64,000 bases of DNA. Source: Candidatus Neomicrothrix sp. GTDB taxonomy: Bacteria > Actinomycetota > Acidimicrobiia > Acidimicrobiales > Aldehydirespiratoraceae. Both the position numbers and the translations under genes were made by a program. Shown piece by piece: positions 9,051 through 17,770 of the stretch. Position 1 is the stretch's first letter; each line of letters begins with the position of its first letter. Location of the stretch: positions 9,221 to 73,220 of the forward strand of contig JAFMKU010000002.1 in the NCBI GenBank assembly GCA_017852795.1, read 5' to 3'. Below the pieces are notes generated by a model. The model saw only the letters and a program-made list of their open reading frames with translations, did not search any database and had not been told where the DNA came from.

Positions 9051-9071
9051 CGGCCGGGCTTCGGCTGACCC

Positions 9072-10013
9072 CTATCGGGTGGCAAGAATGTGGCGTAGCG
9101 CCTCGCCGTCATGACCGGCCAACAATCGTTCGGCGGCCGAGCGGCCGGCCTGCGCGGCGGCGGAACGGGCCCGGTCGGCGTCGCTGGTGAGGAGTTCGAG
9201 TTCGTCGCGGCCAGGTTCGACCACGACCACCGGGGTGCCTTTGCTGCGGATCAGCGAAACTTCGTTGTCGAGCTTGTTGGAGAACCACGACCGTTCGGCG
9301 TCTCGACGCCAGCTTCGAGCCTCCGGTGTGGCGGTCTTTACCGACGACACGATGACCAGATCAAACCCGAGCATGGCGACCAGGTCGGCGTTGGTTGACG
9401 AATGCACCGCACCGTCGATGTAGCGGCGTTCACCAATCGAAACCGGCGTGTAGTAGGTGGGGATAGCGCTCGAAGACTGGACCGCCTGACCGGGTGACCC
9501 TTTGACGTCGTCACGGCCAAACACCACTCGTTTGCCGTCGTTGGACCGCACCGCCACGATCCACATGGGGGCGGTGGGCCACCGTCCTTCTAAGAGTTCG
9601 TCGATCCGGAGGCTCATGGCCGCACCAGATCGGTTCCCGGCGGGGAGCATTCCGAACGCAAGACGGATCGGGTCGGCCTCCCAAGGCGGCCAGACGGCCC
9701 GGGCCGACATGGCCAGCGCCGATGGTCGGCGGGGGCGCGGCCCGATCGGCTCGGCGTAGGGCGTGGTGATTCGATCCAAAATGGCTTGACCAGCCGGGGT
9801 CACCGTTCGGTTCGTGAAGCGTGCGTCGGCGTCGCTGGCGCTGAGTCCGGCCCGCAGAGTGCTCGCGGTGAACGAACCCGCCGAGGTGCCAACCAGCAGA
9901 TTGGCTGACGATGCGTCCCAACCGGTTGCTTCGGCAATGGCGGCCACCACGCCGCTATGCCAAGGGTCGCCTTTGGCCCCTCCCGCGCTGAACACCACTC
10001 CGACAGAAACCAT
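9072..10013 (-). CDS. patatin-like phospholipase
   Basis: Start moved to ATG 10013 (MVSVGVVFSAGGAKG). The upstream extension is Arg/Pro-rich and overlaps helD. Has GTSAG nucleophile elbow and YIDGAV catalytic Asp motif. Confidence 0.8.
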   Translation of the reverse strand: MVSVGVVFSAGGAKGDPWHSGVVAAIAEATGWDASSANLLVGTSAGSFTASTLRAGLSASDADARFTNRTVTPAGQAILDRITTPYAEPIGPRPRRPSALAMSARAVWPPWEADPIRLAFGMLPAGNRSGAAMSLRIDELLEGRWPTAPMWIVAVRSNDGKRVVFGRDDVKGSPGQAVQSSSAIPTYYTPVSIGERRYIDGAVHSSTNADLVAMLGFDLVIVSSVKTATPEARSWRRDAERSWFSNKLDNEVSLIRSKGTPVVVVEPGRDELELLTSDADRARSAAAQAGRSAAERLLAGHDGEALRHILATR

Positions 10014-10114
10014 GAGCGGCAGGCTAGCGACGTAGAAGTGGGCCTGACGCCTCCCGTATGGCCTTTCGGAGCGGGGCCGGTAGGATTTTCTCTCCCTTCG
10101 TTGAGGTTTTTGTC

Positions 10115-12175
10115 GTGTCTGAGCGCCATCCCGAACTCGATACCGAGCAGGCGTATCTGGATTGGGCCTACGCCTGCCTTGAAGATTCTCGCCAGCGGGC
10201 GGTTCGGGTAGCAAGCGGCCATCAACCTCAATCCGGAGGGACCGAACAGGCCCGTCTGGAACGAGAAATCGCGGTCGATGGTGCCGTCAACCGGCTGACC
10301 CAACTGGATTTGGGTGACCGGTCGTTGGTGTTCGGACGGATCGACCCGATTGGTGGGGTTGAACGGTTCTATATCGGTCGTGTTGCGGTCTGGGATCGTG
10401 ATCAGGACCCGGTGGTGGTCGACTGGCGGGCCCCTATTGCCGAACCCTTCTACCGCGCTACCGGCCGCGAACCGATGGGTTTGGAACGTCGTCGCCACTT
10501 TGCTTCTCGGGGCCGCACCCTGCTGGGTCTTGACGATGAGCTTTTCGGTGACCTGATCAACGAAGCCGTCGACGGTGAGGTTCGTGGTCAGGGTGCGTTG
10601 ATCGCGGCGATCGAAGCCTCCCGTTCGGGACGGTTGGGCGACATCGTTGCGACCATCCAAGGGGAACAAGACGAGATCATTCGAGCACCACTGCCGGGAG
10701 TGCTGCTGGTGCAGGGCGGACCAGGAACCGGCAAGACCGTGGTGGCGCTCCATCGTGCTGCCTACCTGCTCTATACCCATCGCTTTCCGTTGGAAGGCCA
10801 AGGGGTGCTGGTCATCGGGCCGAACCGTCTTTTCCTCGCCTACATCGAGCAGGTTCTTCCCTCGCTGGGTGAAGCGGGCGTCGAGATCGCGGTACTCGGC
10901 GATCTGCTCCGACCCCGGGTTGCTGTCGATGGTCTCGATGAAGAGCCGATCGCCGCAGTGAAAGGCGACCTGCGCATCACTGAAGTGTTGGCTCGGGCGG
11001 TGCGGGATCGCCAGCGCCCGCTGCGGGAAGATTTCTCGGTCGGTTTCGGCGTGTTTCGGCTTCGGTTGACCGTTGAGGAGTCGGCGGCGATCATCACCGA
11101 GGCCCGGCGGCGGGCTCGGCGCCATAATGCGGGTCGCCGAATCGTGGAGGAATTGGTGTTTTCGCGCCTGGCGGCCAGCGCTCGTCGCCCGGTGGAACCC
11201 CAAGCGGTTCGTGAGCAACTTCGCGGCGAGTTGGCGATCCGTGAGTTGTTGGAGTGGATGTGGCCGGTGTTGACCCCGGCCCACCTTCTGCATGACCTTT
11301 TCGGTTCTCGGGCGCTGCTTCGGTCGGCCAATCGCGGGACCTTCAGCGAGGGCGAACTGGCGCAGTTGCATCGTCCCCGTTCGGTCCATGCCGACGAGGT
11401 GGTCTGGTCGTTTCACGATGTGCCGTTGCTTGACGAGGCTCGGGCGTTGTTAGGGGCCCGACCGGGCCGCCGTGACGTCGACGAGGTGCGCACCTACGGT
11501 CACATCTGCATTGACGAAGCGCAGGACCTTTCCCCGATGGAGCTGCGGATGGCGGTGCGGCGATCGCTGAACGGTTCGATGACCGTGGTCGGAGATATTG
11601 CTCAGGCCACCGGGGCGTGGGCTAACGCCGGTTGGGACCAGGTCATCGCTGAGCTTCCGGACCGCCGCGGAGTTTCCCGCCGTGAACTGACGGTGGGGTA
11701 TCGCATTCCGGGTCCGGCGATGGATCTGGCCAATCGGGTGCTGCCGTTCGCGGCGCCAGGGCTACGGCCCTCCCTGCCAGTTCGTCTCGATGGCGACCCA
11801 CCGCGGATTGTTCCGCTGCGTGACGTGGGGACGGAGTTGGTGGATCTTGCCTTGGAGGAACGAGCGGCGGTCGGGGAAGGCAACGTCGCGATCGTGGTGG
11901 CCGGCTCCATGTTCCGCGAGACGCTCGCGGCGTTTGCTGACCGCGGCGTACCGGTTGGTGGACCCAGTCGCCATGGGCTTGATCAGTCGATCACGGTTGT
12001 TCCGGTGTCGTTGGTCAAAGGGCTCGAGGTTGACGCCGTGGTGGTCCTAGAACCGGCCCGGATCCTTGCCGAAGGTTCACAGGGGGTTCGCTCGCTCTAT
12101 GTCGCCTTGACCCGGTCAACGAAGCGGGTCGCGGTCGCCCATCAGGAACCACTTCCGGAAATGTTGATCCCGTGA
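10115..12175 (+). CDS. helD: HelD-type UvrD-like ATPase (RNA polymerase recycling factor)
   Basis: Walker A QGGPGTGKT, motif II IDEAQDLSP, and an actinobacterial HelD-like N-terminus. ORF opens at 10058; GTG 10115 has GAGG 8 nt upstream and is preferred. Confidence 0.8.
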   Translation: MSERHPELDTEQAYLDWAYACLEDSRQRAVRVASGHQPQSGGTEQARLEREIAVDGAVNRLTQLDLGDRSLVFGRIDPIGGVERFYIGRVAVWDRDQDPVVVDWRAPIAEPFYRATGREPMGLERRRHFASRGRTLLGLDDELFGDLINEAVDGEVRGQGALIAAIEASRSGRLGDIVATIQGEQDEIIRAPLPGVLLVQGGPGTGKTVVALHRAAYLLYTHRFPLEGQGVLVIGPNRLFLAYIEQVLPSLGEAGVEIAVLGDLLRPRVAVDGLDEEPIAAVKGDLRITEVLARAVRDRQRPLREDFSVGFGVFRLRLTVEESAAIITEARRRARRHNAGRRIVEELVFSRLAASARRPVEPQAVREQLRGELAIRELLEWMWPVLTPAHLLHDLFGSRALLRSANRGTFSEGELAQLHRPRSVHADEVVWSFHDVPLLDEARALLGARPGRRDVDEVRTYGHICIDEAQDLSPMELRMAVRRSLNGSMTVVGDIAQATGAWANAGWDQVIAELPDRRGVSRRELTVGYRIPGPAMDLANRVLPFAAPGLRPSLPVRLDGDPPRIVPLRDVGTELVDLALEERAAVGEGNVAIVVAGSMFRETLAAFADRGVPVGGPSRHGLDQSITVVPVSLVKGLEVDAVVVLEPARILAEGSQGVRSLYVALTRSTKRVAVAHQEPLPEMLIP

Positions 12176-13146
12176 CCGAACGATTCATTGAACGAACCCT
12201 GCTGCCGGAGCCGTCGTTGGCTCCCCGTTGTTCGGAGTTTTCTGCCGAGATCGGACTTCGTCCGGCGGGCACCGCGCTGCGGGTCGATGAAGTGCTGGTG
12301 GTCGACGTGGCGCTTCCCTGGCCGAAACCAGTTTGGGATCTACCGGACTGGCGTTTCGTTCCCGGTGCGGTGGAGGCCTCGGGTCGTCGGGTTCGGGTGT
12401 TGGCCGCCCAACCCGTTGACGATGAAATGGGTCGGCTCGTGCACTATGTCCGCCCCGCCGGTGGAGCCGAATTTGAACGGGTCGACTACCAGACCTCGCC
12501 GGCGCAGGTCGCCAGCATGGCTGAGCGTCTGCTCCGGCACGGTCCGGAATCGTTGGCGGATCAGCGGGTCGAAACCCGCACCGGGCGGGAATTGCTGGTG
12601 TGCACGCAGGGCTCCCACGACATTTGTTGTGGCCGTGAAGGCAGTCGGGTGGCCGGAGAGTTGGCTGAGCGACGCCCTGACGTCTCGGTGCGTCGGGTGA
12701 GCCATCTCGGCGGTCACCGGTTTGCCCCCACCGCGATGAGCCTTCCCGACGGCCGGATGTGGGGGATGGCTAGCGCTGAGCAGCTCCTTGCCGTAGTGGA
12801 CCGAGGCGACGAACCGGTCGCGCTGGCTTCGTTGTGTCGGGGCCTGGTTGGTTTGAACCCAGTTGAGCAGGTCGCGGAGCTTGCGGTGTTTGCCGAACTC
12901 AACGATTGGACGGTTGACGAACAAACGCGGCACGTGCAAGTCAAACAAGACGATGACGGTTGGGAGTGTCTGGTTTGGGTCGCTGGTACTGGTTGGAAGG
13001 TGCGGGTTATCGAAGGCCGGACCGTACCAACGATTACCTGTCGCGCCGCGGGGGGCCTCCCGGTCTCGGCTGCGGTGGAATATCAGGCCGTAGGCCCGGT
13101 GGTTGCCGTTGACGATGGTCGCCGACAGGACCCACCGGTAGCGTGA
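12172..13146 (+). CDS. sucrase/ferredoxin-like (thioredoxin-like [2Fe-2S]) family protein
   Basis: CTQGSHDICCGREG and HLGGHRFAP motifs. GTGA overlaps at both ends. Confidence 0.7.
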   Translation: MTERFIERTLLPEPSLAPRCSEFSAEIGLRPAGTALRVDEVLVVDVALPWPKPVWDLPDWRFVPGAVEASGRRVRVLAAQPVDDEMGRLVHYVRPAGGAEFERVDYQTSPAQVASMAERLLRHGPESLADQRVETRTGRELLVCTQGSHDICCGREGSRVAGELAERRPDVSVRRVSHLGGHRFAPTAMSLPDGRMWGMASAEQLLAVVDRGDEPVALASLCRGLVGLNPVEQVAELAVFAELNDWTVDEQTRHVQVKQDDDGWECLVWVAGTGWKVRVIEGRTVPTITCRAAGGLPVSAAVEYQAVGPVVAVDDGRRQDPPVA

Positions 13147-14234
13147 TGGCCGTGACCGACCAATCCTTTTCGCCTCGTGGTGTTCATGTCGAAGACGTGC
13201 ACGTTGCGCTGGGTGGCGGGGTGGTGCTTGACGGGGTGTCGTTGGCCGCCGCGCCCGGTTCGCAGATCGCGGTGCTGGGCCCGTCGGGTTGTGGCAAGAC
13301 AACGCTGCTTCGGGCGTTGGCCGGGTTGCAGAGAATCGACGCCGGCCAGATCCGGATTGGAGACCGTACGGTGGCCGCAGCCGGTGTCCATGAGGCTCCG
13401 GAGCACCGCAGCGTCGGGTTGGTGTTTCAGGATTGGGCGTTGTTTCCGCACCTCAGCGTTGCCGCCAACGTCGCCTACGGATTACCGGCTGGCGAGCGGG
13501 GTGGCCGTCTTTCGTTCAAACGCCAGGAGCGACTTCGAGAATCAGTGATTGGTCTCTTGGAGATGGTTGGGGTCGGGGATCTTGCCGGTCGTTTCCCCGA
13601 GTCGTTGTCGGGAGGGCAGCGTCAACGGGTGGCGTTGGCCCGAGCGTTGGCCCCGCGGCCGTCGGTCCTGCTGCTTGACGAACCCTTTTCGAGTTTGGAC
13701 ACCAACCTGAGGGCCACGCTCCGAAAGGAAGTAGCCGACCTGCTTCGCGAGGTGGGGATCACTGCGGTGTACGTGACCCACGATCAGGACGAGGCGTTTG
13801 TTCTTGGTGAAGAAGTGGTGGTGCTCGATCGTGGCCGGGTGGTGCAGCAGGCCGCACCGGCTCAGATGTATGCCAAACCGGCCAGCACCTGGCTGGCACA
13901 GTTTGTCGGTGCTGCAGATGTGATTGCTGGCGAAGCCGACGGCCGAGTCGCCGAAACCGCCCTAGGTCGGATCCCGTTGGAAGAAGCAGCCAATGGTCCA
14001 GTTCAGGTCGTGGTTCGGCCCGAAGACGTGGTGCTGCAACCGGAGGGTGATGCGGTGGTGGTGGCGGTCGAATATTTCGGTCACGACACGATTACTTCGG
14101 TCTGTCTGATCGACGACGTTGTCGTCCGAGGCCGCACGATTGGTGCTCCGGTGTTTGCGGTCGGGGACCAGGTGACGGCTCGTCATTCGGGAGTCCCAGG
14201 GATTGCTTTTTCGGTGGCCGAACACGACCGGTGA
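13143..14234 (+). CDS. ABC transporter ATP-binding protein, Fe(III)/polyamine-importer type
   Basis: Walker A GPSGCGKTT, signature LSGGQRQRVALARAL, Walker B LLLDEPFS, and a C-terminal TOBE-like extension. Confidence 0.9.
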   Translation: MMAVTDQSFSPRGVHVEDVHVALGGGVVLDGVSLAAAPGSQIAVLGPSGCGKTTLLRALAGLQRIDAGQIRIGDRTVAAAGVHEAPEHRSVGLVFQDWALFPHLSVAANVAYGLPAGERGGRLSFKRQERLRESVIGLLEMVGVGDLAGRFPESLSGGQRQRVALARALAPRPSVLLLDEPFSSLDTNLRATLRKEVADLLREVGITAVYVTHDQDEAFVLGEEVVVLDRGRVVQQAAPAQMYAKPASTWLAQFVGAADVIAGEADGRVAETALGRIPLEEAANGPVQVVVRPEDVVLQPEGDAVVVAVEYFGHDTITSVCLIDDVVVRGRTIGAPVFAVGDQVTARHSGVPGIAFSVAEHDR

Positions 14235-14248
14235 CCTTCACCGAAAGA

Positions 14249-14264
14249 TGTGACACATGTCATG
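14249..14264. promoter_or_regulatory. second CRP-like motif TGTGAcacatgTCAtg, overlapping a perfect 7-1-7 palindrome ACACATG-T-CATGTGT (14253..14267)
   Basis: Lies in the 65-nt gap between the ATPase stop and the SBP start. TATCAT at 14288..14293 puts a predicted TSS at the A of ATG 14300. Confidence 0.3.
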
Positions 14265-14299
14265 TGTTAGGGAACACTAAGACTCGTTATCATCCGCAC

Positions 14300-15322
14300 A
14301 TGAGACTTCTTCGTACTGTTGGTTTGGCGCTTGTAGTTGCCGTCCTTGGAACGGTTGTGGTGTCCTGCGGGGACGGTGGTTCAGGTGACGGTTCGTCACT
14401 CACCGTGTACTCGGGTCGGACCGAAGACTTGATTGGCCCGCTGCTTGAACAGTTCAGTAACGAGACCGGTATTGACGTTGAGGTTCGGTACGGCGATTCG
14501 GCAGAGCTGGCGCTGCTTTTGCAGACCGAAGGTTCGAGTTCTCCCGCCGACGTCTTCATTTCGCAGAGCCCGGGAGCGTTGGGTTTGCTCGCCGGCGAAG
14601 GGATGCTGGCGGAGCTCCCCGATGACCTCACTGGTCGAGTTTCCGAAGGCTTTGCCGGTTCGGATCACACCTGGGTTGGCATCACCGGTCGAGTCCGGGT
14701 GCTGGTTTACAACAAGGATCTCGTCGATCCGGCCGACCTTCCCCAGACGGTGCTGGATCTGGCCAAGGATGCCTACTCGGGTCGGGTAGCGGTGGCTCCC
14801 ACCAACGGATCGTTCCAAGATTTTGTTACCGCCATGCGAAGCGAACTCGGCGATCAGGTCACGGTCGAATGGTTGGAAGGGTTGGCAGCCAACCAATCTC
14901 CGAACTACCCCAAGAACTCGGCGATTGTGGAAGCGGTTGCTCGTGGCGAGGTAGAGATGGGTCTGGTCAACCACTACTACAACCTGCGAGCGTTGGAAGC
15001 CGACCCGGCGCTGGCGTCGGTCAACTACTTCTTTCCGGCCGATGATGTTGGCTCGCTGGTGATCGTCACGGGTGGCTCGGTGCTGGCCTCGAGCGATAGC
15101 CAGTCGGCCGGTGAACAGTTGCTGGCGTGGTTGTTGTCTGAAGACGTGCAGGCCACGTTCGTTACCGAAACGCAGGAGTACTCGTTGCTTCCGGGTGCTG
15201 GCCGTCCTGAGGGTGTGCCGGAGCTGAGTGGTTTTGCTGCCGACACCATCGACTACGATGTGCTCGGTGGGGGACTCACCGCGACCATCGAAATCATCAG
15301 GGAAAGCGGTATCGAGCGCTAG
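14300..15322 (+). CDS. Fe(III)-type ABC transporter substrate-binding lipoprotein (FbpA/AfuA-like)
   Basis: Start moved to ATG 14300 (MRLLRTVGLALVVAVLGTVVVSCG, lipobox). LTVYSGRTEDLIGPLLEQFSNETGIDVEV is typical of FbpA-family proteins. Confidence 0.85.
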   Translation: MRLLRTVGLALVVAVLGTVVVSCGDGGSGDGSSLTVYSGRTEDLIGPLLEQFSNETGIDVEVRYGDSAELALLLQTEGSSSPADVFISQSPGALGLLAGEGMLAELPDDLTGRVSEGFAGSDHTWVGITGRVRVLVYNKDLVDPADLPQTVLDLAKDAYSGRVAVAPTNGSFQDFVTAMRSELGDQVTVEWLEGLAANQSPNYPKNSAIVEAVARGEVEMGLVNHYYNLRALEADPALASVNYFFPADDVGSLVIVTGGSVLASSDSQSAGEQLLAWLLSEDVQATFVTETQEYSLLPGAGRPEGVPELSGFAADTIDYDVLGGGLTATIEIIRESGIER

Positions 15323-15350
15323 CGGTCGCGCGGCCCGATCGGTAGCGGGC

Positions 15351-16943
15351 GTGTCGACCCGAGTCCGGCCTCCCGCGTTCTTATCGTTCGCGGTGCTGTT
15401 GGTGGGCCTGGTGTTTCTGGGTCCGCTGGCTTACGTGGTCTGGCGCAACGTCGAGCTCGGAACCGATCTCGTAGCAGTCATCTGGGACCGGGAGACGCTC
15501 GAACCGTTGGTTCGGAGTCTCTGGCTGGCGTCAACCGTGGCGGTTTCCTCGGCGGTAGTCGGCACCGCCTTGGCTTGGTTGACGGTGCGGTCCGACCTTC
15601 CGGCCCGCCGGTTCTGGAAACTGTTGGCACCGTTGCCGTTAGTGTTCCCGAGTTTCGTCGGAGCGACCGCGTTGATCGCCGGGTTTGCCCCCGGAGGCTT
15701 GGCTGAGGAACTTTTGTCGGTGGTGGGTGGCGGCTCGGTGCCTGACGTGCGCGGGTTTCGTGGGGCCTGGCTGGTGCTGACCTTGTTCACCTATCCCTAC
15801 GTCTACCTTCCGGTTGCGGCCCGGCTGGCCGCGTTGCCTCCGTCGCTGGAGGAATCGTCACGGTTGCTGGGTCGTTCTCCGTTCGGGGTGTTCCGGTCGG
15901 TGGTTCTTCCCCAGACCGCGCCCGCGGTGTGGGCCGGTTCGTTGGTGGTCTTTCTCTATGCGGTGAGCGATTTTGGCGCGGTGGCGTTGCTGGGATACGA
16001 CACGCTGGCCGAGCAGGTCTACGCCGATCGTCTGTTTAATCAGCCGCGGGCGATGGGTCTGTCACTGGTGTTGGCTGTGGTGGCCTTGATCGTGATCGCC
16101 GGGGAGCGAGCCTACGAGCGCCGCCACCGGGTTTCTGAGCTGGCCGCGCGGTCAGCGCATCCGCTGATTGTGCCGTTGGGCCGTTGGCGCCCAGTGGCTT
16201 TTGCTGGGGTTCTGGTGTTCCTCGGAAGTGCGTTGATCGGACCGTTGGCGGTGTTCGGGTTCTGGGCTTGGCGGGGGGTGACATCGACGAGTACGTCGGT
16301 GGGGGTCGCCACCGATTTCGGTGATCTGCTGGTGCCAACGTTGCATTCGGCTCAGGCCGGGTTGATCACTGCGGTGGTGGCTATCGCGGCGCTGTTGCCG
16401 CTGGCCTGGGCCATTGCCCGTTATCGCAGTCGCCGAGCCGGAGTCGCCAACGCCATGGTCGCGGCCGGGTTTGCTCTGCCTGGTGTGGTGGTGGCGTTGT
16501 CGTTGGTTTTCTGGGTGATCGACACGCCCGGGGTGTCGATTTGGTACCAGACCATGCCGTTGCTGATCACCGCCTATGTCCTGCATTTCGGTACGTTGGC
16601 GTCCCGGGTGACGCGGGTGGCGGTGGAGGCGGTGCCGGCCCAGTTGGGTGAGGCCGCGTCAACCCTCGGGGCCCGTCGGATTCGACGGTTCCTGACGGTT
16701 GAGTTGCCGTTGATGATGCCTGGCCTGCTGGCGGGTGGTGGTCTGGTGCTGCTTTCCACCATGAAAGAACTGCCGATCACCTTGTTGCTGGCGCCGATCG
16801 GTTTTGACACGCTGGCCACCAAGATCTGGGGGGCTGGCGAAGCCGGTGCGCTGGCCCAGGGCGCGCTAGCCAGCCTGCTGCTGGTGGCGTTGAGTGCCGT
16901 GCTGACCTGGGCCGTCGTTGTGCGACGGATCGAGGAGTTTTAG
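15351..16943 (+). CDS. iron ABC transporter permease, fused two-domain (FbpB-like)
   Basis: Two EAA-type loops (EESSRLLGRSPFGVFRSVVLP; GEAASTLGARRIRRFLTVELP) and about 12 hydrophobic segments. GTG 15351 chosen because the 15228 start would overlap the SBP gene by 95 nt. Confidence 0.8.
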   Translation: MSTRVRPPAFLSFAVLLVGLVFLGPLAYVVWRNVELGTDLVAVIWDRETLEPLVRSLWLASTVAVSSAVVGTALAWLTVRSDLPARRFWKLLAPLPLVFPSFVGATALIAGFAPGGLAEELLSVVGGGSVPDVRGFRGAWLVLTLFTYPYVYLPVAARLAALPPSLEESSRLLGRSPFGVFRSVVLPQTAPAVWAGSLVVFLYAVSDFGAVALLGYDTLAEQVYADRLFNQPRAMGLSLVLAVVALIVIAGERAYERRHRVSELAARSAHPLIVPLGRWRPVAFAGVLVFLGSALIGPLAVFGFWAWRGVTSTSTSVGVATDFGDLLVPTLHSAQAGLITAVVAIAALLPLAWAIARYRSRRAGVANAMVAAGFALPGVVVALSLVFWVIDTPGVSIWYQTMPLLITAYVLHFGTLASRVTRVAVEAVPAQLGEAASTLGARRIRRFLTVELPLMMPGLLAGGGLVLLSTMKELPITLLLAPIGFDTLATKIWGAGEAGALAQGALASLLLVALSAVLTWAVVVRRIEEF

Positions 16944-16979
16944 CCCCGTCGCACCGTCGCTGGTTGGCGAAAACCGGCG

Positions 16980-17651
16980 CTAGTTGTTGATGCTGACCAG
17001 GATGCGTTCGCTGGCGTACGCACCGATGGCGACCGCGGAGCCGCCCATGGTGACGCAGACCGCGCCGTCAGGAGAGGTGCTGGTCACGGTGCCACCGTTG
17101 CCGGGGGTCAGTTCGGAGGATTCGAGGAAGTCGAGCATGCCGTCGGCGAACTCAAGGGCTTCCGGGATTCGCTGCACGGTAAAGCTGGAACCAACCGCGA
17201 GGCTGGCGAGGCTCTCAAGATCAGGGGCGAGATAGTTGGTGCCGGGGATCGGGTTGCCGTGCGGGCAGGTGGTGGGGCTGTTGAGCCGTTTCATCATCGC
17301 CGCTTCGACCGGAGGTGAGATGATGTGTTCCCACTTGCCGGCTTCGCGATGGGCCTGAGCCCAGGTCAAGCCGAGTTCCTGAGTGAGGAAGCACTCGGCG
17401 AGCCGGTGACGACGCACCACGGTCTCGGCCAGCGCTCGACCTTTAGCGGTCAGGGTGATGGACCGGCCTTCTTTGATGAGCCCTTCGGCCGCGAGTCGTC
17501 GAACCATTTCGGAAACCGCGGGCCGGGAGACGTCAAGTCGCTCGGCGATACGAGCCTGGATCACCTGAACTTCGTCCTCGTCAAGGCCGTAGATGGTTTC
17601 GCAGTACTGCTCAAAAGCAGGATGCCATTCTGGTGTCTGATAGTCAGTCAT
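16980..17651 (-). CDS. DtxR/IdeR/MntR-family metal-dependent transcriptional regulator with C-terminal SH3/FeoA-like domain
   Basis: HTH region IAERLDVSRPAVSEMVRRLAAEGLI and metal-site region RRHRLAECFL...AHREAGKWEHIIS. SD AAGGA upstream of ATG 17651. Confidence 0.85.
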   Translation of the reverse strand: MTDYQTPEWHPAFEQYCETIYGLDEDEVQVIQARIAERLDVSRPAVSEMVRRLAAEGLIKEGRSITLTAKGRALAETVVRRHRLAECFLTQELGLTWAQAHREAGKWEHIISPPVEAAMMKRLNSPTTCPHGNPIPGTNYLAPDLESLASLAVGSSFTVQRIPEALEFADGMLDFLESSELTPGNGGTVTSTSPDGAVCVTMGGSAVAIGAYASERILVSINN

Positions 17652-17770
17652 GCCGCCGTTCCTTGTTGGTGATCATATGAAACCGAATCATGGTTACCTA
17701 AGAGTAATAGAAATTTATGCCATTGGCTAGGGGTAAATGCCGAACCATCGGTGCGCCAACTCGACCATCG

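Noticed and set aside
10014-10114. Rifamycin-associated element (GC-rich 19-bp palindrome) expected upstream of resistance-type helD genes
   Set aside because: No GC-rich palindrome is visible in the patatin/helD divergent region.
9800-11416. 538-aa ORF antisense to helD and overlapping the patatin gene
   Set aside because: Its composition is Arg/Pro/Gly-rich and low-complexity with no recognisable motif. The opposite strand encodes a clear HelD with Walker A and DEAQD motifs. This is a typical high-GC antisense ORF artefact.
14268-14286. IdeR/DtxR iron-box candidates: TTAGGGAACACTAAGACTC here and TTACCTAAGAGTAATAGAA at 17694..17712
   Set aside because: Each matches only about 12 of 19 positions of TTAGGTTAGGCTAACCTAA, and the dyad symmetry is poor. 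Not reported as operators.
15228-15350. N-terminal extension of the permease ORF overlapping the SBP gene by 95 nt
   Set aside because: The extension is not hydrophobic or permease-like. GTG 15351, just after the SBP stop, gives a normal N-terminus preceding the first TM.
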